Of a stretch of 64,000 nucleotides of DNA, positions 37,962 to 47,435 are shown in pieces. A model generated the notes under the pieces. The model was not told the DNA's origin. It was given only the letters and a program-made list of their open reading frames with translations, and did not search any database. The DNA is from a virus, in the IMG/VR virus record IMGVR_UViG_3300022674_000045, positions 1 through 64,000 of that record, one strand, 5' to 3'. The translations under genes were made by a program, and so were the position numbers. Each line of letters begins with the position of its first letter. The stretch's first letter is position 1.

Positions 37962-40900
37962 TTACTGATATGTACCCCTTGCAAGTCTATCTAATGTTGG
38001 GTTTGTCATTTTAAATCCTTTTCTTTCTCCAGGTGCAACATTGTTAACTTGTGAGTTAGAAGATACAATAGTATTTGTTGAATTATTTATTTGAGCCCCA
38101 TATGCCTTAGTTTGAGATTCAATCGCTCTTCTATTTGCTTCAGCTGCCAACATTGCAGCTCTTTCTCTTGAAGCGTTTCTATTTAGTTCTTCTTTTGCAT
38201 ACTGATTCGCAAGAGCTCCTTCATAATCTAATGATATTGCGGATCTTTCATATACATTTGCTTCACCTAGTGAACCAGCCAAATCTCTTGCTAAAGTGCC
38301 ACCACTTATTTTCTTTGCGTACTTTTTAGCTTTTCTATATATAAACCCAATACCCCAAGGAAGATTGCTTAACCACTCATCAATGATTAATCCAATTTCT
38401 TTGAATCCTCTTATAAGATTTGGAATCGGGAAAAAGAAATCTACAATAGCTTGTTTTAGCGTCTTTTTCCAATCATCTCCACCAAATACTGAACTGATTG
38501 TTTGTTTAACCCAGTCACCTATTGATTTGATTCCATCCCATATTGTTGATATTACACCTTTCATTCCTCTCCATATTGGTCCAAGAATTGAAGATCCTTC
38601 CATCCATTCATCAATCTTTTTATATATATTTTTTCCTGCCCATTTTACTAATATCCATATACTCTTGATAGCTTCTTGCATAATGTCAAATGGAAACTTT
38701 ACAACTTTCCAAAGACCACCAATTAAATCTTTTACCCCTTCCCATTGTTTTTTTATTGCTTGTGATATGTCTGCTCCGCCAACGAATCCTAATAATCCAC
38801 CAGCTATTGCTCCGGCAGCTCCACCAATTGCTATTCCTATTGGACCTCCAAATGCTCCAAGACCAGCTCCGATCAATCCACCTTTTAATGCTCCACGTTT
38901 AGCACCAGTAGCACCAGATTTTGTTCCACCCAGGAATCCAGCAATCCCTCTCATAAGCCAATTTTGAACATATCCTTCTGCATCTCCGGACATCATTGCG
39001 CTGACCATATCCCATAAACCCATTCCTCCGCCAATAGCTAATCCAGCGGTGCCAGCAAGAACTGCTCCACCTGCTCCAGCTAATCCTCTTGCTCCCCAGC
39101 CTAAAAGACCTCTTACCCCACCACCTGCCAGGGCGCCTCTTGCACCACCCAGAAGTTTGCCCATTCTTCCACCGGCTCCAATTGTTAATTTTTTACCACC
39201 ACGACCAAAGAATTTAGCAATACCTCCAATACCTTTACCCAATACACCAAATACTTTACCAATAGGACCAGTTACTAACCAACTACCAAGTTTTCCAAAA
39301 CTCATTAAAAGGCCTCTAAGTCTTCCACCAATTGTTGTAAGCCAACCAAGTAACATTGGAATCCAGCCCTTAATATCTTTTCTAGTTTTATCTGCTGCTT
39401 TGGCTGCTTTCTCTGTAGTGTTTGCTGTTTTTCTAGCATCTTTTGCCATCTCAGCAATCTTTTTTTGTCTTTCCATTTCAGACTTATATTGTTTTTTAAA
39501 GTTTGCTTTTGTTAGCTTGGCTGTTCTCTTCGCATTTGCCCAAATATATCTAACATTTCTAGCAAGCTTTTTATATAGCCCGAAAGCTTTCTTTTGAAAT
39601 GTTGCTGTTGTTGCAACATTCTCAGCCATACTAGGTGAATGTGGTCCTTCTCTATCTTCTCTATCTCTTTCAGCTTTACTAATTTCTTTTAGATGAGAAA
39701 CAACTTTTCCAGCAAATGTTTTTGTTGATCTTACTGCTGCATCTGAAAACTCTCCAGCAGCTGTCATTCCCCTTTCATATCCACGTTTTGCTCTTTTTGC
39801 CATTCCACGTGCTGCAAACTCAGCATCAAACTTAGCATTCCATGCTGCTTCCTGGGCTGCTGTAACATAATCTTCACCACCCACTTCACCACCGAAGCGG
39901 CCTCTGATATTCTCTTTTGTTATTCCCATATTTCTTAAGATTGCAGCAGGATTTAATAAATCATTAAAACTATGTATTCCTGCTTCATCAAGGGCAGCTC
40001 TGTCAAGACCAAGATTGTCAACAAAAGTTCCAAATAAATCAGTCTTGCCAAAACTTCTTGTAGTCATAAACTCTTTAATTTTTCCAAATAGAGTATAATG
40101 TTTACCACTGGTTGGAGATACCTCTTGTCCAACTAAAGCTTCAGCTGAAACTTTTGTATATTTCTCTATATTGCGAAGGTATGTCATACCTTTCATATAA
40201 ATCAATGCTAACATATTAACTTGTTGTGCATAGATATTACTTGTACTTGTAGCTCTTTTTACATCTCCAGCAAATCCACCCCTAAGTCCAAACAGTGCTT
40301 TAAACGGACTTGTTATTACTGATTGCAATGTTTGACTGAACATCAACATTGCTCTAAATGTTGGATGTTGTAGCAATGTTCTTTGGAACGCAATTCTAAA
40401 TCGTGATGCTGTACCAATCATGGCAACTTTTAATTCAAGAACAGCTTTTAGCAATCTATCTTGCCATGGTTTTTCTTTATACATTCTAGTTTTTTGAAAT
40501 TCTTGAATAAATGTGCCAAATATATCTTTTCTATCTTGATGGATTTCTCCAACAAGTGTTTCCATTCTTACAAGGTTTTGTGATAGTGTATCAAGAACTA
40601 CACTTAAGCGTTTTGAGATGTCTTCAGTTTTAACATCATCAATTCGCTTCATAATTTTATCAATTGGGGTGACAACTTCAGCCGCATGAACTTCAACAAC
40701 ACCGCCTTTCTTTACAAAACCACCTTCCTGCATCTTTGGTAATTCGCCTTCAGCTTGAAGTTCTTTATTTCTTTTAAATACGTTTCCTAAAGATTCTCCT
40801 GCTTTAGCTAATGTTCCAGAAACAGACTCTTTCATATTTCTTGCCGCTGATTGGAATACATCGGTTTCCATAAATTTAGCAGCAAAATAACCAAACAGCG

Positions 40901-41297
40901 GTGTGGCTTTAGATAATGCCATTGCCATTGTATTTTGTTTGTTAATACTTATATCTTCACCAATAGCTTTACCGTATTGGCCAATAGCCGCACTTGTTGC
41001 TTTTGCAGTATCAGTTGTAATATTTTTTACACCAACTGATAAATTTTGAATTGCTTTTCCTAAGCTTTTAACAACTCCATTATATGCTGCAGCAGTATCA
41101 TTTGTAAATTCACTACGTTCCATATCAAGTTGTTGCATTAACCTTTGTTGCTCTTTTGTTAACGAACTAACCTCATTTGATATTTGTAGTCTTCTTTTAT
41201 TTTGCTCATGGACAACGCCTTCCACTTTTTGATGAAGACTATTGATACGGCGAGCTCTATCACTAGACATGTTGATTGGTGGATCTTTGTCTGCCAT
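37962..41297 (-). CDS. Tape measure protein
   Basis: 1111 aa, helical and Ala/Gly-rich with glycine zippers and Trp-periodic repeats. Confidence 0.75.
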   Translation of the reverse strand: MADKDPPINMSSDRARRINSLHQKVEGVVHEQNKRRLQISNEVSSLTKEQQRLMQQLDMERSEFTNDTAAAYNGVVKSLGKAIQNLSVGVKNITTDTAKATSAAIGQYGKAIGEDISINKQNTMAMALSKATPLFGYFAAKFMETDVFQSAARNMKESVSGTLAKAGESLGNVFKRNKELQAEGELPKMQEGGFVKKGGVVEVHAAEVVTPIDKIMKRIDDVKTEDISKRLSVVLDTLSQNLVRMETLVGEIHQDRKDIFGTFIQEFQKTRMYKEKPWQDRLLKAVLELKVAMIGTASRFRIAFQRTLLQHPTFRAMLMFSQTLQSVITSPFKALFGLRGGFAGDVKRATSTSNIYAQQVNMLALIYMKGMTYLRNIEKYTKVSAEALVGQEVSPTSGKHYTLFGKIKEFMTTRSFGKTDLFGTFVDNLGLDRAALDEAGIHSFNDLLNPAAILRNMGITKENIRGRFGGEVGGEDYVTAAQEAAWNAKFDAEFAARGMAKRAKRGYERGMTAAGEFSDAAVRSTKTFAGKVVSHLKEISKAERDREDREGPHSPSMAENVATTATFQKKAFGLYKKLARNVRYIWANAKRTAKLTKANFKKQYKSEMERQKKIAEMAKDARKTANTTEKAAKAADKTRKDIKGWIPMLLGWLTTIGGRLRGLLMSFGKLGSWLVTGPIGKVFGVLGKGIGGIAKFFGRGGKKLTIGAGGRMGKLLGGARGALAGGGVRGLLGWGARGLAGAGGAVLAGTAGLAIGGGMGLWDMVSAMMSGDAEGYVQNWLMRGIAGFLGGTKSGATGAKRGALKGGLIGAGLGAFGGPIGIAIGGAAGAIAGGLLGFVGGADISQAIKKQWEGVKDLIGGLWKVVKFPFDIMQEAIKSIWILVKWAGKNIYKKIDEWMEGSSILGPIWRGMKGVISTIWDGIKSIGDWVKQTISSVFGGDDWKKTLKQAIVDFFFPIPNLIRGFKEIGLIIDEWLSNLPWGIGFIYRKAKKYAKKISGGTLARDLAGSLGEANVYERSAISLDYEGALANQYAKEELNRNASRERAAMLAAEANRRAIESQTKAYGAQINNSTNTIVSSNSQVNNVAPGERKGFKMTNPTLDRLARGTYQ

Positions 41298-41310
41298 CTA
41301 CATTATCTCC

Positions 41311-42228
41311 TTACAGCTTATTAATAGCTTGGTATACTTTTTGATCTGGACTAGATGCAAGTGTCAATAAAGAAATTACTTCTGATGGTGCAAATAATTC
41401 CTGATATGCAAATTGATTATCTTTAAGAGCGTCTATTGTAAAAATTTCTTTATATGCTACATATAATGGACTTACAAGATATTTGAATTTCATTGCAAGA
41501 TTAATCATCATATGACCTAGTCCGCCACCCTCTAATTTTTGTACCAGTTTAATAAAAACTATATATGATGTAACCATTTTAGTAAATTGATCATCCGATA
41601 GTGTTGAAGTAGGTTTAAATATTTCAAATATTTTATCATAATACTCTTTCAATAGTTTATTGTCTATCATAAAACCTTTTCTACCTTCAATTTTGAAATA
41701 CAAAAAATTTAAAAAATCTTTCATTTTGGATTGATCTATATTACTTAGATTACAATTTAACAAACGACAAAAATAAAACTGATAAAAATGAAGTAATTTT
41801 TCTTGGAATAAATTAAAAAATACTTTCGGTTTTGTAAATGAAAGTAAGTGAATTAATTCATGTAATGTAACACTGGCTAATGCATTATTTTGGACGAATG
41901 AAAAAAGATTTGCGCTTTGTTCAACAAAAATATAAACAATCTTCTTCTGTGGTAATGCTGCTCCTGCTATTCCTCTGAATTGAACTGGCTGCAACTTAAA
42001 CATTGCTCTAAGAATACTTTTACTTTTATATACTGGAGTTATTATTGATTTGGATGTTAAATCTTCTATTTTATTAAAAACTGGAGCACCTTTTCCAGAT
42101 TTTCTAATTGCATTTAGATATTGCTTAATTAATTGGGGCGATGTATAAAATGTTTTACCATCGAATCTATCAACGGGCTTTAAGTCTCCATGTGGAAGTC
42201 CCATAAATTCCGATAACTGTTTTTCCAT
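41311..42228 (-). CDS. Zincin-like metallopeptidase (HExxH...E)
   Basis: VTLHELIHLL and downstream YQELFAPSE. Confidence 0.55.
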   Translation of the reverse strand: MEKQLSEFMGLPHGDLKPVDRFDGKTFYTSPQLIKQYLNAIRKSGKGAPVFNKIEDLTSKSIITPVYKSKSILRAMFKLQPVQFRGIAGAALPQKKIVYIFVEQSANLFSFVQNNALASVTLHELIHLLSFTKPKVFFNLFQEKLLHFYQFYFCRLLNCNLSNIDQSKMKDFLNFLYFKIEGRKGFMIDNKLLKEYYDKIFEIFKPTSTLSDDQFTKMVTSYIVFIKLVQKLEGGGLGHMMINLAMKFKYLVSPLYVAYKEIFTIDALKDNQFAYQELFAPSEVISLLTLASSPDQKVYQAINKL

Positions 42229-42236
42229 TTTAACTC

Positions 42237-43892
42237 CTATCTATTACTATATAATGATAATATATCTACAAACCCTTGCATCTCGCCAATGTGATCTTTT
42301 ACATGTCTCATAATACCTTCATTTGAAATATCTCCAACTGCTCCACTATTACCAGCTATAATATCTGTCATCTCAGACGAAAGCTGTGTAAACTCTTGTG
42401 TACTAATCAACATTGGTGGATCATATTTTCTTACATACATAACACATGATGTACTCAACACTAAGTCATCGTGACAACCTGTATCAGCTTCAACACGACC
42501 ACTCGTTTTTGTTACTAACCCTGCAATCTCCAAAGCTAATCTTTCTGATTTTACACACTGTGGATATTGCGTAATATATGAATATAGGGCATCAATCATT
42601 AACGGTCTTGTTTTTGAGTTAGTTGAAAGACCTGGTAATACTGTTTGTTTACCTCTTTTTTCTTTATAAATCATGTGCCCAAATTCGCTATAGTTTAATT
42701 GCTCAACAACCTGGTTACCATATGAGTTTGATTCTACAACAATCATTCCAGGATATTGTGCGGCCAATACTTTAACAACCTTAACATAATCAAGAACTTT
42801 GCATTTTCCTTGATATTCACAAACCTGCTCCATTGTTTCATAATCCCAAACAGTTACAGCAGATTTATCTGAACCATGTTCAGGTGCGGTATCAACTCCC
42901 ATTATATAATATCTTCCTGGCACAGCATGAGAAAATTTCCAAATTTCTCCATTGAAGATTTTTGTTTTTTCAATTGGTTGTTGTACAGCATCTTGAACTT
43001 TTTCAACAGTTTCAGGTTCAAAGAATGATCCTTCTGCTGGTAAGAATTTTAACTCAAGCTCTTGTGCGATTTTTCTTTGATCATTATCAAATAGAGCACA
43101 TTGAGTTTTATACCAATCAGGATCTTCTGATAACTCAGGAATACTTCTCCAATGAATTACAAATGGTTCAAAAATATCATCTCTTGATACTGCGCTTTGA
43201 TATCTTTTAAAATACCATTCTCCAATTCCAACTGTTTTATTTGGAGTTGAAAGAACAACAGTACCATATGGAACATTTGCTTTCTTGGCTTGCATCTGGT
43301 TCGTTGATAAAGCTGGAACCATAGAAGTCCAGGCGGTATCAATATGATGAACAAATGCTGCTTCGTCAATTACCAAGAATGTCAATGCCTTACCACGAAG
43401 GGTTTTATCTGGAGCATTTGGATTAACAGGAGAAGCATAAACTTTTGATCCGTTTGTTAAAATAAATGATTGTTCTGTTCTCTTTGAAAATCCTTTACCC
43501 AGTGGCCCCTTTGGAGGTTTCATCCAATCAGGTAATTTTTCAACCATACCACGAATAGCTCTAGCAAAGTCCGTAGCTTCTTTCCCATCCTTTGAAATAA
43601 TACCAATAACAGCATTATCAAAGAAGTTTGCCAACCAGGCAGAATAGGCTTGAATTATAGTTGAGATTCCAATCTGACGGCTCTTCAAAACCAATACATA
43701 ATGTTTTTCTTCAACTAAATTAACAAGTTCTACCTGTTTTTTATATGGTACAAGATTAATGTCTTTTCCCGGAACTTCGATTAATATATACGTTCGGCAA
43801 AAATATTCAAAGTCGGATTTACACCTCAAGTATTCAGTTACATACTTATCTGCTAATCCTTGTAGATCTTTCGGTGTTTGTATTGATGCCAT
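42237..43892 (-). CDS. terL: Terminase large subunit (T4 gp17-like)
   Basis: LKSRQIGIST (Walker A), LVIDEAAF (Walker B), STPN, GVD, VESN, HDDLV. Confidence 0.95.
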   Translation of the reverse strand: MASIQTPKDLQGLADKYVTEYLRCKSDFEYFCRTYILIEVPGKDINLVPYKKQVELVNLVEEKHYVLVLKSRQIGISTIIQAYSAWLANFFDNAVIGIISKDGKEATDFARAIRGMVEKLPDWMKPPKGPLGKGFSKRTEQSFILTNGSKVYASPVNPNAPDKTLRGKALTFLVIDEAAFVHHIDTAWTSMVPALSTNQMQAKKANVPYGTVVLSTPNKTVGIGEWYFKRYQSAVSRDDIFEPFVIHWRSIPELSEDPDWYKTQCALFDNDQRKIAQELELKFLPAEGSFFEPETVEKVQDAVQQPIEKTKIFNGEIWKFSHAVPGRYYIMGVDTAPEHGSDKSAVTVWDYETMEQVCEYQGKCKVLDYVKVVKVLAAQYPGMIVVESNSYGNQVVEQLNYSEFGHMIYKEKRGKQTVLPGLSTNSKTRPLMIDALYSYITQYPQCVKSERLALEIAGLVTKTSGRVEADTGCHDDLVLSTSCVMYVRKYDPPMLISTQEFTQLSSEMTDIIAGNSGAVGDISNEGIMRHVKDHIGEMQGFVDILSLYSNR

Positions 43893-43903
43893 ACTATTCT
43901 CCC

Positions 43904-43919
43904 TTTGTTTTTTGTTCTA
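43904..43919 (-). promoter_or_regulatory. Putative class L promoter (TAGAACAAAAAACAAA)
   Basis: Immediately upstream of the terL SD. Confidence 0.65.
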
Positions 43920-43935
43920 ATTATTAGATGAGTTC

Positions 43936-43950
43936 TCTATATATATTAAT
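43936..43950 (+). promoter_or_regulatory. Putative class E promoter (TCTATATATATTAAT)
   Basis: Third exact copy. Confidence 0.75.
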
Positions 43951-43993
43951 TAATGAAATGAAAGAATTGTACAAAAAAACAAAGGAGGGAAAT

Positions 43994-44077
43994 ATGAATT
44001 TTTTTATCCGTTGTAAAATTGACAGTTCGATTTCTTCATTGCTGTCGTTTTGTAGATTATATAGAAACGAAAGCTAA
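43994..44077 (+). CDS. 27-aa micro-ORF (MNFFIRCKIDSSISSLLSFCRLYRNES)
   Basis: SD AAGGAGG, class E motif upstream, GC hairpin directly after TAA. Confidence 0.5.
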   Translation: MNFFIRCKIDSSISSLLSFCRLYRNES

Positions 44078-44102
44078 GGGGGGACGCCCCCTAGTTCTTT
44101 TT
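44077..44102 (+). terminator. Short GC hairpin/terminator
   Basis: AGGGGG-GACG-CCCCCT followed by AGTTCTTTTT. Confidence 0.55.
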
Positions 44103-45368
44103 GTTGGTTCTATAGAGGTTGATATTTGCAGTTGTTTGCCAATCAGGCCCACCCCTTACAAAATTAATAATTGAACTGAATAGAATATATTTTCCTTCAA
44201 GATCTTGGTACTCAATAGTTTGTGGTTTAAATTTTACACACTCACCAACATCAATAAGATTTAATACTGGGAGGTTTCTTTCAATATTTAAAGAAATATG
44301 TGAAAGATCAGCAAGAGATTTTCCAAATCTTGAGTTAAATAATGTTGCTTCTTTTTCGTATCCAGTATCCTCATTATAATATCTTGTTCTTTTTGCTGCT
44401 GAGTCAATAAATAAATTGTTATTTCGTTGACTATATAGTAATGAATAATTTTGTGCAACTGTTTGCAAATCTTGTGAGATTGTTGCCGTAATGGAGTCCT
44501 TTGGTTTTATAAGATGATTTATAGAAGATCCTAAATCAGCAAATTTAGATGTTCCTAAATATTCAGTTTCTATTGTATCATATGTATAAAAAACATTTCC
44601 ATCCAGAGCTTCTTCATAAATTTTTTCTTGAAGTTTAGAATCTCCAGAGGTCGATGCTAATTGGTAAACTGTAAATGTTTGATTTTTTCTTAATTTTCCT
44701 GTTAAATTTTTTATATAAACTTTATTATCATGCTGACAAAATACCCCAGGAACTCCAGAAAACAACCCAAATCTTTGGTCTAAATACCCATCAAACATAT
44801 CATCACTTGTTTTGTCATACTCTTTAATTATTTTATAAAATGTAGTAGGAGGAATACAAACTTGATCTATCACTGCTTGATTTCTGTTGTAACTATCAAA
44901 ATCAACAACTGTACCAACGGTAGCTGCTAATGATGAGACAATATCTGAAAGACGTTGACCAATAAAAACATCATTTACAAGTGTTGACATTGTAGTAAAT
45001 GGTTTTCTAGCAAGGCATGTAATTGTAAGTCTAGTTCTATCCTTCATAGTCATTTCAGTCATTTGACCTTTTTCTGTTAACTGAAAATCCGAGTTCAAAT
45101 ACATCAATTCAACATTAATACTTGGACCTGGATAGTCTTGTTCTCTATATAAAGTTATTTGTAATTTTATTGGCTCTCCACCGAAAATTTCTTCAACGAT
45201 TACATCATTTGGGTCTAACAGGAAAGTAATATCAACAACTTGATATGCTGTTGCAAGGGATGAGGCAAACATTACTTCAAGCGTATCATTGGTATAGTCC
45301 AGGTCTTTTATTTTTACTTTTAATTCATATAGTTTATTCGGTGTATAATAGCTTTTTTCTTCTGGCAT
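44091..45368 (-). CDS. Baseplate hub protein (gp27/gpD-like)
   Basis: Size and context; C-terminal VGECVKF...GKYILFSSI.NF typical of hub proteins. Confidence 0.6.
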   Translation of the reverse strand: MPEEKSYYTPNKLYELKVKIKDLDYTNDTLEVMFASSLATAYQVVDITFLLDPNDVIVEEIFGGEPIKLQITLYREQDYPGPSINVELMYLNSDFQLTEKGQMTEMTMKDRTRLTITCLARKPFTTMSTLVNDVFIGQRLSDIVSSLAATVGTVVDFDSYNRNQAVIDQVCIPPTTFYKIIKEYDKTSDDMFDGYLDQRFGLFSGVPGVFCQHDNKVYIKNLTGKLRKNQTFTVYQLASTSGDSKLQEKIYEEALDGNVFYTYDTIETEYLGTSKFADLGSSINHLIKPKDSITATISQDLQTVAQNYSLLYSQRNNNLFIDSAAKRTRYYNEDTGYEKEATLFNSRFGKSLADLSHISLNIERNLPVLNLIDVGECVKFKPQTIEYQDLEGKYILFSSIINFVRGGPDWQTTANINLYRTNKKN

Positions 45369-45383
45369 GATCTACCTATCCCT

Positions 45384-45400
45384 TTTTATTTTTTGTTCCA
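45384..45400 (-). promoter_or_regulatory. Putative class L promoter (TGGAACAAAAAATAAAA)
   Basis: Just downstream of the terminator of the non-structural block and upstream of the hub gene. Confidence 0.6.
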
Positions 45401-45475
45401 AAAAAAATAAAGTGTGGGCAAAACAATACATTAACAACTGGATGACCAGTCCAGTCTGTATTGTTCCACCCACAC
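45400..45475 (-). terminator. Long interrupted hairpin with U-tract ending the minus-strand non-structural block
   Basis: Nested pairs GTGTGGG/CCCACAC, AACAATACA/TGTATTGTT and ACTGGA/TCCAGT; A-tract at 45400-45411. Confidence 0.7.
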
Positions 45476-45531
45476 CCAACCACCCCGGAATTAACCGGGC
45501 ACAAAAGGAGGATGCCCTATGGAAAAGGGCA

Positions 45532-46449
45532 CTATGATGATTGAAGTCTTTCTAAGACTTCGAACATCCTTTGAGGAATAACCAAAACACTTTCCGCTGC
45601 ATTTTCCATCAAGCGTTTTGTGTTCAGGTTTGGTTCAAAACTACTGTAGCGTACAATAGCTAAGAACATTTGCCATGCAGTTGGAAGTTGGTTTCCAGAC
45701 TCACGTTGAATTTCATCCAATAATGTGGAAACAGCTTCCCTTCTCTTTTTACCAAAACCTTCAATGACATCTAACACTGCAAGCATTTCAGTTTCATTTA
45801 ATGTACTTGAAAAGCTTTGAGTAATCATATCAGCGATGCCTGTTGTAAAGGCTTCCATATATGAGTTTACTGCTGACGTTACACTTGTGCTTGAACTTGC
45901 AATATGAACTTGCCTTAATTCGCCCAAGCTAAAACCAAAAGTTACACGGTTACGAGCATAAGCCATTGAAATTCCAAAGGCAACTGAAGCTGCTCTTGTT
46001 CCGTTATAGCTATTATTCACAATCATAACTGGCAACACATCACCTGCATTTGCAACCTGTTGACCATTTTGAATAATGATCTCATTACGCATACGGGTAT
46101 TATCATATGTCATGATTGTATTTTCTGTCATAATTGGCATTCCAACTGACAGAATAGCATCTCTAATTCGTTGATTTAAAACATCATTACCGATGAATTT
46201 GTAAAGATTTGAAACATATCCAGCATATTGATAATCAGTCCATTCTGGAGCCTTTGTAAATATAGCTATCATGGGTGCCTGTTGACCATCTGTTGGATGA
46301 AATAAAGTCGAATCTGAATTGTTTAATAATCTTGTAAATAATTCACGATAAACTACTTCACCATATCTATCGGCATATGAATATAATCCTTTTATAGGGT
46401 TTGCTTCTAACCCCATATCACTTGCTCTTTCAGCAAACGATTCACTCAT
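45532..46449 (-). CDS. DUF932/DUF945-like protein
   Basis: VSNLYKFIGN...IVNNSYNGTRAASVAFG...H...TAWQMFLAI pattern. Confidence 0.55.
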   Translation of the reverse strand: MSESFAERASDMGLEANPIKGLYSYADRYGEVVYRELFTRLLNNSDSTLFHPTDGQQAPMIAIFTKAPEWTDYQYAGYVSNLYKFIGNDVLNQRIRDAILSVGMPIMTENTIMTYDNTRMRNEIIIQNGQQVANAGDVLPVMIVNNSYNGTRAASVAFGISMAYARNRVTFGFSLGELRQVHIASSSTSVTSAVNSYMEAFTTGIADMITQSFSSTLNETEMLAVLDVIEGFGKKRREAVSTLLDEIQRESGNQLPTAWQMFLAIVRYSSFEPNLNTKRLMENAAESVLVIPQRMFEVLERLQSS

Positions 46450-46816
46450 TCAATTCACCACCTTCTAATGGAATTACATCTTCATTTTTCAATAATACAT
46501 TTTTCATTACTTCAGACAATCTCATAGATAATGTATGTTGAAATAATTGATTGGATCCCTGGAATTTAAAATCGGTTAACATTTCAGCACAAATATCAAT
46601 TGCTTCAGAAAGTGTTTTTTCTCCAGCTTCTCCGTTTGTATCTTTAATAACTTCAAATACAAAATGTTCTTTTCGTTCGACTGAGCGCTTTAGAAATATT
46701 GCTTTAACTGAATAATAAAGTTTTTCTGTAATAGTGGGACGATTAATCTTATAATTGGCCGTACCACAACTCCCACTTCCTCCACCTTCACTTGTCACTT
46801 TGCTGTGCAGTAACAT
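46442..46816 (-). CDS. Hypothetical protein
   Basis: ORF track; operonic packing. Confidence 0.6.
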   Translation of the reverse strand: MLLHSKVTSEGGGSGSCGTANYKINRPTITEKLYYSVKAIFLKRSVERKEHFVFEVIKDTNGEAGEKTLSEAIDICAEMLTDFKFQGSNQLFQHTLSMRLSEVMKNVLLKNEDVIPLEGGELNE

Positions 46817-46818
46817 AA

Positions 46819-47433
46819 TTAAATCCTTTCAATGATTGAACGTAAATAAATACTCCTTCCGTCGAAATCAAAATTTGGATTCTGGCATTTAACTTCGAAT
46901 CTTCCTTCAAGCTCCCAAAATCTTTTCATTCTTTCAAATGTCCAGATTGATGCATGAGGGCATGAAGGTTCATTTAATAACTCGGTTGTCAATAGAATGT
47001 TATGTGGTTCAAATTTGAAATCTGGATTTTCTTCATATTCATCTTCTTGCAATATCATATTCGCTAATACTTTGTAATTTGGAACTATAACATCAACTTG
47101 CCCACCTTTATGCAACACGGTGGAAACAAGATAAATAAAATATTCTACTTGTGTAAATGATACATGTTCAAGGAATCTATAGATTACAACTCGGTCGAAT
47201 GTAATTGATGTTCTTTCCATGAACTCAAATACATCCATGTTTAAATTTTTTCTTTTTGTTATTCTATCACCATCTTCCGCCCATTGTTCCATGTCTGCTT
47301 CGATCATAAATGCTTGTGTTGTTGAGAAAAATGATGTATCCACATTTAAGATATATCTTGGGTATAGAAGATTTTCATCTGGTGTTAAAGGAAGCGGATC
47401 AAATTTACCCGCTGCAATATTCAATATTAGCAT
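46819..47433 (-). CDS. Class I SAM-dependent methyltransferase-like protein
   Basis: ILNIAAG, VD, FDRVVIYRFLEHV, VLHKGGQVDVIVPN, H...W. Confidence 0.75.
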   Translation of the reverse strand: MLILNIAAGKFDPLPLTPDENLLYPRYILNVDTSFFSTTQAFMIEADMEQWAEDGDRITKRKNLNMDVFEFMERTSITFDRVVIYRFLEHVSFTQVEYFIYLVSTVLHKGGQVDVIVPNYKVLANMILQEDEYEENPDFKFEPHNILLTTELLNEPSCPHASIWTFERMKRFWELEGRFEVKCQNPNFDFDGRSIYLRSIIERI

Positions 47434-47435
47434 TT

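Noticed and set aside
38296-39597. Long plus-strand Pro-rich ORFs (223 and 182 aa)
   Set aside because: Antisense shadows of the Gly-rich tape measure segment; no SD or promoter motif
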